A DNA stretch of 64,000 bases, taken from contig JBKHIH010000005.1 of the NCBI GenBank assembly GCA_046538755.1, forward strand, positions 3,061 through 67,060, written 5' to 3'. Made by a program: the position numbers and the translations under genes. How positions within the stretch are numbered: the first letter of the stretch is position 1; the number at the start of each line of letters is the position of its first letter. The notes below the pieces were generated by a model that ran no database searches, was not told the DNA's origin, and saw only the letters and a list, made by a program, of their open reading frames with translations. Source of the DNA: Thiohalospira sp. GTDB lineage: Bacteria; Bacteroidota; Bacteroidia; Bacteroidales; UBA12077. Of the stretch, positions 9,483 to 20,710 are shown in pieces.

Positions 9483-10124
9483 ATGGAAGAGAGGTTTGAT
9501 AGCAGTATTGTTTATTCAGAAAAAGTTACAGAATTTGTTGCTGTTGACGGAGAATTTTGCACATTTGTAGAAAACACATATCGATTTAGCAAGCTTGATT
9601 TTTTGAATAAAGCACACAAAATATTGCCTTTACTTTACCTAAAAGTTTCTTTGCTGCCTAAATTTGATTCTGTATTTGATGAAGAAAATGAAAAATTTGT
9701 TTCCGAAGAGGAGTGGGATTTTATCCATTCAACTATAAAAAAGAAATTAGGATATCACGATGAATACCGCGAAGTTTTTGATCCGTTAACCCACGAACAG
9801 GTAGAACAAAGCACCGCTTCTATTGCCGATAATTTAGCCGACATTTATCAGGATATCAAAAATTTTATTTCATTATATAATATCGGTACCGAAGAAATGA
9901 TGAACGACGCATTGTGGGAATGCCAGATTAATTTTGAAGAATTTTGGGGGCAAAAACTCGTGAATGCTTTAAAAGCAATACATACGGTTTATTATAGTGG
10001 TGATGACCTTGAAGATAAGGAGGATGAAGAAGAAGTCCAGGAATCAGATGATGAGTTAAATACTGATGACTGGATTTTTACTAAACGACAAAAAGATTTT
10101 AATAACGAAGATTACGATGTTTAA
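9483..10124 (+). CDS. DUF5063 domain protein with acidic C-terminal tail
   Basis: 213 aa. The IADNLADIYQDIKNF...MNDALWEC...FWGQKLVNALKAIH core matches my memory of DUF5063. Tail is DDLEDKEDEEEVQESDDELNTDD. Confidence 0.7.
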   Translation: MEERFDSSIVYSEKVTEFVAVDGEFCTFVENTYRFSKLDFLNKAHKILPLLYLKVSLLPKFDSVFDEENEKFVSEEEWDFIHSTIKKKLGYHDEYREVFDPLTHEQVEQSTASIADNLADIYQDIKNFISLYNIGTEEMMNDALWECQINFEEFWGQKLVNALKAIHTVYYSGDDLEDKEDEEEVQESDDELNTDDWIFTKRQKDFNNEDYDV

Positions 10125-10692
10125 TCAACACATTACAAATAAAGAAATTAACGACTTGCCGCTATATCAATTCGATGGCGGAATTTTTATTATTGATACT
10201 TTCGAAAAGCTGGATTATTATTTGCCATTAATAAAAGAATTAAAAATTTTAGGTTTCGATACTGAAACAAAACCTTCGTTTAAAAAAGGAGTAATAAACC
10301 AGGTATCGTTACTGCAATTAACATCTTCGTATGAAGCTTTTTTAATACGTATTAATAAAATCGGGTTACCCGAAGAAATTGTTGAAATATTAAATAATAA
10401 GGATGTAAAAAAAATAGGGCTTGCAATTAAGGATGATATTAAAATTTTGCGCGAAATTCAGGACTTTGAACCTTCGAGCTTTATTGATTTACAGGACTTT
10501 GTAAAGTATTTTAATATTGAAAGCCAGAGTTTAAGAAAAATTGCTGCTATTGTATTAAATAAACGAATATCGAAAACCCAGCAAGTTTCAAACTGGGAAA
10601 AAGAAGAACTTACCGAAAGTCAATTGCTTTATGCTGCAACCGATGCATGGGCTTGTTTGCAAATTTATAAAACGTTAAACCAGGTAATTTAA
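10117..10692 (+). CDS. 3'-5' exonuclease domain protein (RNase D / WRN-exo, DEDD family)
   Basis: MFNQHITNKEINDL...ILGFDTETKP (ExoI DxE)...YAATDAWACLQIY (ExoIII Y-x3-D). The track start at 10066 lies inside the upstream gene. ATG 10117 overlaps the upstream stop by 8 nt. Confidence 0.85.
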   Translation: MFNQHITNKEINDLPLYQFDGGIFIIDTFEKLDYYLPLIKELKILGFDTETKPSFKKGVINQVSLLQLTSSYEAFLIRINKIGLPEEIVEILNNKDVKKIGLAIKDDIKILREIQDFEPSSFIDLQDFVKYFNIESQSLRKIAAIVLNKRISKTQQVSNWEKEELTESQLLYAATDAWACLQIYKTLNQVI

Positions 10693-10699
10693 CACTTCA

Positions 10700-11884
10700 A
10701 TGGATTATCCAAAAGTTATATTAAAATCAGGAAAAGACCAGTCGGTACGTAGATACCACCCATGGATTTTTTCCGGTGCCATAAAAAAGATTATAGGAAA
10801 TGTTACTGAAGGCGATTTGGTCTTAGTTACCGATAATAAAGATGAGTTTTTAGCCCTTGGGCATTATCAAATAGGCTCTATTGCCGTTAGAATAATATCT
10901 TTTCAAAAAATTGATATCAATCCTGATTTTTGGAAATCAAAAATTGAAAGTGCCTATCTGTTAAGGAAAACTTTAGGATTAGCCGAAAATGAAAATAATA
11001 ATGTATACCGGCTGGTTCATGCCGAAGGCGATGGATTGCCCGGTTTAATTATAGATTTTTATAATGGTACAGCAGTTTTACAAATGCATTCAATTGGTAT
11101 GTATCTTAATAAAGCATTTATTATTGATGCATTAAAGGAAATTTATGGAAAGAAACTTCATGCTATTTATGATAAGAGTGAAACAACAATACCTTATAAA
11201 TCTGATATTAATGCAAAAAATGAATACGTATTCGGGAAATCGGAAAATGAAATAGTTCTTGAATATGGCAATAAATTTAAAGTGAATTGGGAAGAAGGCC
11301 AGAAAACCGGCTTTTTTATCGACCAGCGTGAAAATAGAAAATTAGTTCAAAAATATTCACAAAACCGTTCTGTATTAAATGTTTTTGGATATACTGGCGG
11401 GTTTTCTGTATATGCTATGAAAGGCAATGCCAGCCTGGTACATTCGGTAGACAGCTCTGCCAAAGCTATTGATTTAACCAATAAAAACATTGATTTAAAT
11501 TTTGATGATAAATCTAGACATGAAGCTTTCGCTGTTGATGCTTTCGAATACCTGGAAAATGCTAATCAAAAATACGACTTGATTATTCTTGACCCGCCGG
11601 CATTTGCCAAGCATCATAATGTATTGCACAATGCACTGCAAGGGTATAAAAGACTTAATGCTAAAGCAATAGAAAAAATTAAACACGGAGGAATTCTATT
11701 CACCTTTTCATGCTCGCAAGTAGTTAGTAAAGAAAATTTTAAAAAATCTGTATTTACTGCCGCTGCCAATACAGGAAGAAATGTGAGAATATTACATCAG
11801 CTTTCTCAACCCGCCGACCACCCTGTAAATATTTATCACCCTGAAGGAGAGTATTTAAAAGGATTGGTTGTGTATATCGAATAA
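10700..11884 (+). CDS. rlmI: 23S rRNA m5C methyltransferase RlmI-like (PUA + class I SAM MTase)
   Basis: 394 aa. RYHPWIFSGAI PUA-type N-terminus, NVFGYTGGFSVYA SAM motif I, ILDPPAFAK motif IV. Confidence 0.85.
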   Translation: MDYPKVILKSGKDQSVRRYHPWIFSGAIKKIIGNVTEGDLVLVTDNKDEFLALGHYQIGSIAVRIISFQKIDINPDFWKSKIESAYLLRKTLGLAENENNNVYRLVHAEGDGLPGLIIDFYNGTAVLQMHSIGMYLNKAFIIDALKEIYGKKLHAIYDKSETTIPYKSDINAKNEYVFGKSENEIVLEYGNKFKVNWEEGQKTGFFIDQRENRKLVQKYSQNRSVLNVFGYTGGFSVYAMKGNASLVHSVDSSAKAIDLTNKNIDLNFDDKSRHEAFAVDAFEYLENANQKYDLIILDPPAFAKHHNVLHNALQGYKRLNAKAIEKIKHGGILFTFSCSQVVSKENFKKSVFTAAANTGRNVRILHQLSQPADHPVNIYHPEGEYLKGLVVYIE

Positions 11885-11950
11885 AATTTTTAATTTTAAA
11901 AACCTTGAAACTAACCTTATAAATAAATTTAAATATTAACTACCCCGGTT

Positions 11951-12952
11951 ATGAAAAAACGAATTGTTTTTATTATTTCGATAATGCTGATAGTGAAATT
12001 AAGCGTTGCTCAATATATTTATCCTGTAACAGAATTTAGTGATAATCTTCGCCATTTTGAACTCACAAATATTGATATTAAGGATACTGTATTATTTCTC
12101 CCTCTTGGCGAGTCAGGATTGCAAATTTATAATATTGCTGATTTGTATAATTTTGAATTATTAACAACTTACAAAGAATTTGAACGACGTTCGAGAAAGA
12201 AAGTTTATGGAAGAGCTTATAATGTAAAAATTGTAAATTATAAAGCTTTTTTGTCTTATGGTAAACTGGGATTAAAAATCTTAAATATTTCCGACCCTGC
12301 CATGCCTTTTGTTTTAGGAACCTATTACCGGCATCAGGATGTGTATTCAGTTGAAATATATGAAGATTATGCTTTTCTGGGGTATATTGGCATGGGACTA
12401 GAAATTGTTGATTTTAGTAATATGAACGACATTAAAATGGCTTCGCGAAATAATGTCAAAGATTTTACTGTAAATAATATTCAGGTAATTCCTCCTTATA
12501 CTGTTATTTCAGGAGGAAAAAGTGGCCTTAGAGCTTTTAAATTTAATGATCCCTTTACATCATTCAAACAAGCTGAATTTCCAAAGGATTATTTAACCGA
12601 TGCTAGTGCTAATAAACTTTTAATTCATGAAAAGACAGGATATGTGGCAAATGATTTTAAAGGCTTAACAGTTTTAAATATGGGATTGCCATTATATCCT
12701 TTAAAAGTTTTTGAAATAAAAACTACTGGCAACGCACATGACTTGCTGATCGACCGCAATTATTTGTATGTAGCTGCTGATAAGAGTATTGAAGTATTTG
12801 ATATTACAGAACCCGAAAAACCGGCAAGAATTTTTGAACATTCAGATAAAAGTAAGTCATATCAGTATTTAAAAATGAATGGTGATTATTTATTTGCTCT
12901 TTTCCAGGAAGGAAGAAGGGATTATGGCATTGAGGTTTTTCAGGTAGAATAA
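11951..12952 (+). CDS. Secreted LVIVD-repeat beta-propeller protein
   Basis: 333 aa. Signal peptide (IVKLSVAQ), then repeated A-x-L/V-x-x-G-x-x-G-L-x-I/V-L/D units such as AFLSYGKLGLKILNISDP, AFLGYIGMGLEIVDFSN and LYVAADKSIEVFDITEP. Confidence 0.65.
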   Translation: MKKRIVFIISIMLIVKLSVAQYIYPVTEFSDNLRHFELTNIDIKDTVLFLPLGESGLQIYNIADLYNFELLTTYKEFERRSRKKVYGRAYNVKIVNYKAFLSYGKLGLKILNISDPAMPFVLGTYYRHQDVYSVEIYEDYAFLGYIGMGLEIVDFSNMNDIKMASRNNVKDFTVNNIQVIPPYTVISGGKSGLRAFKFNDPFTSFKQAEFPKDYLTDASANKLLIHEKTGYVANDFKGLTVLNMGLPLYPLKVFEIKTTGNAHDLLIDRNYLYVAADKSIEVFDITEPEKPARIFEHSDKSKSYQYLKMNGDYLFALFQEGRRDYGIEVFQVE

Positions 12953-12957
12953 AAAAC

Positions 12958-14874
12958 TTAATCATCTTTTTTATTCCATGAAAGAAGTTCTCCTGATTCT
13001 TTTGTTATTTTGTCGTTATCTAATAGCCACTGAATAACTTTAATGCTTTTTTCTTTATTAAATTGAAGCGACTTAATTAATTCATCTAGCGAAACAGATT
13101 CCTGATTTATTTTTTCTTTAATTGCTTCTAAAATTAAATCGAATTCGTACTTGCTTAAATCCAGCTCGTTACGTCTGGTACAAACATCGCACTCGCCACA
13201 TCTGTCAGGATTCCCTTCACCAAAATAGGATAATAAAATTTGGCTGCGGCATTTGGTGTTCGATGTAGCATAGTGCAATACTGCATTTATTCGTTCGATA
13301 AACCTTTTCTTCCTGAAATCATAATTTTCTTTCGAAAGATGTAATGATTTATCATCAAGGCGCTCTTCTGTAAAAACAATAAACGGATTGCTTTTTTTAG
13401 GTATGTAATTTAAAATGCCCAAATTTTTTAGTTTATTTAAATACTTATAAACTACATCAATTTCAACATTAGCCCTTTTGGCAAGTGATAATTCATCAAT
13501 ATTAACATAATCGGAAAATAATCCTGTATACGAACGTAAAATTAGCTTAATAAAACCATCGAATTTAGCATTAGCAATTTGAAATTTATATAAATCATCT
13601 CTGCCTACTAAAAAATGTATTTTTGATGAACTAAAAAGTTCGTCGGTAATTTCAATATATCCTTCGCGTTGTAAAAATTTTAATGCACTGTGTATTTTAA
13701 GGATACTGAAATTGTATTTTTTTGCAAAATCACCAATAATAAAATCATAAGATTGGTTTTTTCCACTACCAAAAGCTATTTGGAAAAAATTACCTAGCGC
13801 CTGATAAATGTTTCTTATTTCTTTAAGTTCCGGAAAATTGGTTTCAACTCTTTGTTCGGCTTTAACCTTGTCAGAATTACTGTATAAAAGAACAGCATAA
13901 GCTTTTTTTTCATCTCGTCCGGCTCTTCCGGCTTCCTGGAAATATGCTTCAATGCTGTCAGGCAAATCAATATGAATTACAAAACGAACATCAGGTTTGT
14001 CAATACCCATTCCAAAGGCATTCGTCGATACCATAACCCTCGTTTTACCAACTTTCCAGTTTATTTGTTTGCGGCTGCGGTCTTCATGTTTTAATCCCGC
14101 ATGATAATAATCGGCCGATATTTGAGCCTTTTGAAGCATTAAAGCGATTTCTCTTGTTTTTTTTCTGTTGCGTGCATAGATAATGCCGCTTCCTTTAACT
14201 TTATTAAGGGTTTCTATTAAATAATTTTGTTTATCTTCCAGTTCACGAACCAGGTAAACCAGGTTTTTACGTTCGAAGCTTTTTCTAAAAACATTTTTTT
14301 CTTTAAATTTTAATTTTTCCTGAATGTCGTCAACTACTTTAGGTGTAGCAGTAGCTGTTAAGGCTAAAAAAGGGGTTTCAGGGACTAATTCTCGTATATC
14401 AGCAATTTTTAAATATGATGGCCTGAAATCATATCCCCATTCCGAAATACAGTGCGCTTCGTCAATAGCAATTAAATTTACCTGCATATATTTTACCCGC
14501 ACTTTAAAAAGCTCAGTATTGATTCGCTCCGGCGAGATGTAAAGAAATTTCACATTCCCGTAAATACAATTATCAAGGGCAATATCAATTTCATCTTTCG
14601 ACATTCCCGAATATATTGCTATAGCTTTTATGTCTCTTTTTAGTAAATTTTCAACCTGGTCTTTCATCAAAGCAATAAGCGGAGTAATCACAATACATAT
14701 TCCTTCCTGTGCCATAGATGGTACCTGAAAAGTGATTGATTTTCCTCCACCGGTAGGCATTAAGGCTAATGTATCTTTACCATCCATAACCGAGCGGATT
14801 ATATCTTCCTGTAAAGGCCTGAATTTGGAATAGCCCCAGTATTTTATCAGTATTTGTTCATACTTATTAATCAT
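12958..14874 (-). CDS. recQ: RecQ-family ATP-dependent DNA helicase
   Basis: 638 aa. PTGGGKS Walker A, DEAHCISEWGYDFRPSY, QEAGRAGRD motif VI, Zn-binding cysteines (CRSQ...CGECDVC). Confidence 0.9.
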   Translation of the reverse strand: MINKYEQILIKYWGYSKFRPLQEDIIRSVMDGKDTLALMPTGGGKSITFQVPSMAQEGICIVITPLIALMKDQVENLLKRDIKAIAIYSGMSKDEIDIALDNCIYGNVKFLYISPERINTELFKVRVKYMQVNLIAIDEAHCISEWGYDFRPSYLKIADIRELVPETPFLALTATATPKVVDDIQEKLKFKEKNVFRKSFERKNLVYLVRELEDKQNYLIETLNKVKGSGIIYARNRKKTREIALMLQKAQISADYYHAGLKHEDRSRKQINWKVGKTRVMVSTNAFGMGIDKPDVRFVIHIDLPDSIEAYFQEAGRAGRDEKKAYAVLLYSNSDKVKAEQRVETNFPELKEIRNIYQALGNFFQIAFGSGKNQSYDFIIGDFAKKYNFSILKIHSALKFLQREGYIEITDELFSSSKIHFLVGRDDLYKFQIANAKFDGFIKLILRSYTGLFSDYVNIDELSLAKRANVEIDVVYKYLNKLKNLGILNYIPKKSNPFIVFTEERLDDKSLHLSKENYDFRKKRFIERINAVLHYATSNTKCRSQILLSYFGEGNPDRCGECDVCTRRNELDLSKYEFDLILEAIKEKINQESVSLDELIKSLQFNKEKSIKVIQWLLDNDKITKESGELLSWNKKDD

Positions 14875-14983
14875 GCTCTTAAGATAGATTTTAACGGCAA
14901 ATGAATATCTTAAAAAAAGTTAAAAAAATCAAATGTATGTATATTATCATATTTTAAACTGATATTTTACTAATTTTTTGTAA

Positions 14984-16498
<1,515 letters not shown>

Positions 16499-16518
16499 AT
16501 TTTCTAAAATATTGTCTT

Positions 16519-18444
16519 ATGAGAAAAATACCTGGTTTATTAATCATTTTAATTTTTTGTTTTTTTGCCTTTGCAAAAGCTCAGAAAAATGAAGTTTTAC
16601 TTAGTATTGATGACGAGACAGTTACAAAAGATGAATTTTTAAGGTTTTATCAAAAAAATAAGATCAATCTTACAACAGGCGAAACAATTGCTGTTGATAA
16701 ATATCTCGAACTGTTTATTAATTTTAAGCTAAAAGTGATTGAAGCTAAAAATCAGGGATTAGATACTACCCAGGAATTTATCAATGAATTTGAAGGTTAT
16801 AAAAAACAGTTGGCTAAGCCTTACTTACTTGATCGTGATAAGTTAGATGAATTAGTTGAAGAAGCTTATCATAGAATGCAGTATGAAGTAAAAGCCAGTC
16901 ATATTTTAGTTAGGGTAAAACCAGATGCTTCACCAGAGGATACTGCATATGCTTATAAAAAAGCGGTTAAAATAAGAAACAGAATATTGAGAGGTGAGCC
17001 TTTTCATATTGTTGCCAAAGGTGCTTCCGATGATCCCTCTGTAAAAAATAATGCAGGTGATTTGGGATATTTTACTGTTTTTCAAATGGTTTATCCTTTC
17101 GAAAAAACAGTGTATAATATGAATGTTGGCGAAATTGCAGGCCCCGTTAAAACAAGGTTCGGATATCATATAATTAAGCTAACGGATAAAAAAGAAGCAC
17201 GCGGCCAAATTAAAACTGCACATATTATGCTTGCTTCGCCAGAGAAAAATGATTCTGAAAAGAAAGAATTAATCAATAAACTTTACCATCGACTAAGGCA
17301 AGGAGAGGATTTTGCCAAATTAGCCAGAGAATATTCTGATGACAAAGGATCGGCAAAGAATGGTGGAGAGCTACCCTGGTTTGGTGTTGGGCAAATGGTG
17401 CAAGAATTTGAAAATGCCGCTTTTGATTTAAAATCAAATGGCGATATATCTAAACCTGTAAAAACAAACTATGGATGGCATATTATTAAACGAATTGATA
17501 GAAAAGAACCAAAATCATTTGAAAAAATTAAAGATGATTTAAGAAGACAGGTTATTAACGACGGACGTTACTTAGTTGCCCAGGAATCATTAATTGAAAA
17601 GTTAAAAGACGAATATAATTTTAAAGAAAAAAAAGTAAACTTACCTGTGTTTTTTGATACTACAGAGAATTCTTTTGTTTATAATGATCTTTATTTTGAA
17701 TTGAAAAATAACACAAACGATACCCTTTTTAGTTTTGCAAATAAAAAAGTTTCTGTAAAAGAGTTCGAAAGATTTATACAGCACAAAAAAGGACGGCAAA
17801 ATATTACTCCTTTTCAATACAATAAACTTTATGAAGATTATGTAGATCAGGAAATTCTTCAATATGAGGAATCGCGGCTTGAACAAAAACATCCAGAGTA
17901 TAAGTTTTTATTAAAAGAATATTACGATGGAATGTTATTATTTGAAATCATGGATCAGGAAGTTTGGTCTAAAGCAATTAATGATACTTTAGGATTGAAA
18001 AAATATTATAATAATAACAAAGAAAATTATATGTGGGATGAGCGATGGAAAGGAAGTATTTATTATTGTAAAAATAAAGAAGTATACCAAAAAGTTAAAA
18101 AAGAAATTAACAAGCGTAGATTTGGACGAAGAGTAACTAATAATGATTTATTACAAGAATATAACTTGGAAACCGAAGTTTTAAAAATTGAAACAGGGAT
18201 ATTTAATCAAGGAGAAAATAATATTATTGATGAAATGGTATGGGAAAAATCAACAAACGAAAATGAAAATTTAATGATTTTAATTAAAGGCGAGAAAGTT
18301 AAACCTACGATTAAACCATTTAACGAAGCAAAAGGATTAGTTATTTCAGATTACCAGGAATATTTAGAAGAAAAGTGGGTTGAAAAATTACGTAGTAAGT
18401 ACAATATTCAAGTCAATAATCAGGTTTTATCCTCAATACAATAA
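16519..18444 (+). CDS. Periplasmic peptidyl-prolyl isomerase, PpiD/SurA-like, two parvulin domains
   Basis: 641 aa. Signal peptide, then parvulin cores ASHILV...FGYHIIKL and AHIML...YGWHIIKR. Confidence 0.85.
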   Translation: MRKIPGLLIILIFCFFAFAKAQKNEVLLSIDDETVTKDEFLRFYQKNKINLTTGETIAVDKYLELFINFKLKVIEAKNQGLDTTQEFINEFEGYKKQLAKPYLLDRDKLDELVEEAYHRMQYEVKASHILVRVKPDASPEDTAYAYKKAVKIRNRILRGEPFHIVAKGASDDPSVKNNAGDLGYFTVFQMVYPFEKTVYNMNVGEIAGPVKTRFGYHIIKLTDKKEARGQIKTAHIMLASPEKNDSEKKELINKLYHRLRQGEDFAKLAREYSDDKGSAKNGGELPWFGVGQMVQEFENAAFDLKSNGDISKPVKTNYGWHIIKRIDRKEPKSFEKIKDDLRRQVINDGRYLVAQESLIEKLKDEYNFKEKKVNLPVFFDTTENSFVYNDLYFELKNNTNDTLFSFANKKVSVKEFERFIQHKKGRQNITPFQYNKLYEDYVDQEILQYEESRLEQKHPEYKFLLKEYYDGMLLFEIMDQEVWSKAINDTLGLKKYYNNNKENYMWDERWKGSIYYCKNKEVYQKVKKEINKRRFGRRVTNNDLLQEYNLETEVLKIETGIFNQGENNIIDEMVWEKSTNENENLMILIKGEKVKPTIKPFNEAKGLVISDYQEYLEEKWVEKLRSKYNIQVNNQVLSSIQ

Positions 18445-18455
18445 TCATTAAAAAT

Positions 18456-19331
18456 ATGTTGATGAAAAAGAAATTATTGGGAATAAATATGTTGTTAATT
18501 TTAGCGGCAATGTTGCTATTATTTGTTTTTGGTTGTAATAAATCCGGAGTTGATGAAAACGACAAGCCACTTGCAAGGGTACATAATAAATTTTTGTTTG
18601 AGTCGGATTTAAAAGGATTATTCCCTTCCAATATTTCTCGCGAGGATAGTATTACCTTAGCCAAAAACTATATTAATGATTGGATAAAAAAACAACTGAT
18701 GCTTCAAAAAGCTGAGGAAAACCTTACTGATGAAAGTAAAAATATTGAAAAACAAATTGAAGATTATCGATCATCGTTACTTATATTCAAATACAGGCAA
18801 GAACTGATAAAACAAAAAATTGATACTGTTGTTACTGACCAGGAAATAGAATCTTATTATAAAGAATATTCTGCAAATTTTATTTTAAATCATAATATTG
18901 TAAAAGCACTATATTTAAAAGTATCAAAGGAATCACCTGAAATTGATAAGGTAAGGCAATGGTATAAATCTGATGATACAGAAAGTTTAACTAAGCTTGA
19001 AGATTACTGTTATCAATATGCTACTAAATTTGATAATTTTAACGGCCAATGGCTGCCTTTTAATAATTTGTTAAACGAATTGCCTTTGACTATTGACGAT
19101 GAGGAAAGGTATTTGCGTTATAATAAATATATTGAAACTGATGATTCTTTGTTTTATTATTTTGTAAAAATTAATGATTATGCTCTGAAAAGTACAGTAC
19201 AGCCTATTGAGTATGCTAAACCAAAAATTAAAACGATCATATTAAACAAAAGAAAATTTTCCTTTTTCGAAAAGTTAGAAAATAATATCTACAACAATGC
19301 TTTAAACCGAAACGAATTTATAATCTATTAA
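18456..19331 (+). CDS. Hypothetical lipoprotein within the PPIase chaperone cluster
   Basis: 291 aa. Lipobox LFVFGC at residues ~22-27. No parvulin core. Same strand as, and tightly spaced with, the flanking PPIase genes. Confidence 0.6.
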   Translation: MLMKKKLLGINMLLILAAMLLLFVFGCNKSGVDENDKPLARVHNKFLFESDLKGLFPSNISREDSITLAKNYINDWIKKQLMLQKAEENLTDESKNIEKQIEDYRSSLLIFKYRQELIKQKIDTVVTDQEIESYYKEYSANFILNHNIVKALYLKVSKESPEIDKVRQWYKSDDTESLTKLEDYCYQYATKFDNFNGQWLPFNNLLNELPLTIDDEERYLRYNKYIETDDSLFYYFVKINDYALKSTVQPIEYAKPKIKTIILNKRKFSFFEKLENNIYNNALNRNEFIIY

Positions 19332-19340
19332 AAATATATC

Positions 19341-20702
19341 ATGATGATTTTTATGTTAAAAAGACTTTTAATATTTACAATTTTAATTGTTTCATTTTTA
19401 AATTTAAGTGCCCAAAAGCAATATGTAGCCGATAGGATCATTGCCAATGTGGGCGATAAAATTATATTACAATCTGATATTGAAAATCAGGTAATTCAGT
19501 TAATGGCTCAGGGTTATCAGGGTAAAACTGATATGAAGTGTGAAGTATTTGAAGAATTGCTAATTCAAAAAATGTTATTGATTCAAGCAGAGTTGGATAG
19601 TATTCAGATTGGTGTTAATCAAATTGAATCAGAACTTGATCAGAGATTAAATTACTTTATTCGTCAAATTGGTTCGCAAGAAAAACTTGAAGAGTTTTAT
19701 AAAAAATCAATGATTGAGATTAAAGAAGATTTTCGTCCACTTATACGCGAGCAGATGTTAACCCAAATGATGCAAAGTAACCTTGTTCAAGATATAGTAG
19801 TTTCTCCTAAAGAGGTAGAAAAATTTTATAAAAATATGCCTAAAGACAGTATACCAATGGTAAATACGCAATATCAAATTAATCAAATTGCTGTTTATCC
19901 TCCCGAAAACGAGAAGTCAAGAGCTGAAGCCAGAGAAAAGCTTTTAGATATTCGTCAAAGAATTATTGATGGCGAAAGATTTTCGACACTTGCAGTACTT
20001 TATTCCGAAGATCCCGGTTCGGCACGAAAAGGAGGTGAACTGGGCTTTAGAACCCGTGATGAATTAGACCCTGAATTTGCCAAAGCAGCTTTCAGGCTTA
20101 CCGACGATGGTGGTGTTTCGCGTATTGTTGAATCAGAATATGGTTTTCATATTATTCAATTAATTGCAAAGCAAGGAAGCCAGGTTAATGTAAGACATAT
20201 ATTGATCATACCTAAGGTTGATATAGAACAAAAAGTAGCAGCAAAAAATAAGTTGGATAGTATTACTGATTTAATTAGAAACGATAGTTTAACTTTTACT
20301 CAGGCTGCGTTAAGATTCTCCGAAGATGAACAGTCGAGGCTTAATGACGGATTAATGGTAAACCCAAAAAACTCATCATTAAAATTTAATTTAGATGAAT
20401 TGCCTCGTGGAGAATACAATATTGTTAAAGATTTAAAACCTGGAGAAATTTCAGAGCCTTTCGAAACAGTGGATGATAAAGGGAAACCCGTTTTTAAGGT
20501 AGTAAAAATTGATAAAAAGATTGAGGCTCATAAGGCTAATTTAAAAGATGATTATGAAATGATTGAAGAAATTGCTGAAATGGAAAAAAAGCAAAAGAAA
20601 TTTGAAAATTGGCTTGAAGAGCGAAAGAAAAAAACATACATCCACATTGATGACTCTTTTATAAACTGCAAGTTTTTAGAAGACGGCTGGATTAAACAAT
20701 AA
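19341..20702 (+). CDS. surA: SurA-like peptidyl-prolyl isomerase chaperone
   Basis: 453 aa. Signal peptide, SurA_N-like region (ADRIIANVGDKIILQSDIE), parvulin core YGFHIIQL. The exact Met among MMIFM is uncertain. Confidence 0.8.
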   Translation: MMIFMLKRLLIFTILIVSFLNLSAQKQYVADRIIANVGDKIILQSDIENQVIQLMAQGYQGKTDMKCEVFEELLIQKMLLIQAELDSIQIGVNQIESELDQRLNYFIRQIGSQEKLEEFYKKSMIEIKEDFRPLIREQMLTQMMQSNLVQDIVVSPKEVEKFYKNMPKDSIPMVNTQYQINQIAVYPPENEKSRAEAREKLLDIRQRIIDGERFSTLAVLYSEDPGSARKGGELGFRTRDELDPEFAKAAFRLTDDGGVSRIVESEYGFHIIQLIAKQGSQVNVRHILIIPKVDIEQKVAAKNKLDSITDLIRNDSLTFTQAALRFSEDEQSRLNDGLMVNPKNSSLKFNLDELPRGEYNIVKDLKPGEISEPFETVDDKGKPVFKVVKIDKKIEAHKANLKDDYEMIEEIAEMEKKQKKFENWLEERKKKTYIHIDDSFINCKFLEDGWIKQ

Positions 20703-20710
20703 TAAATTAA

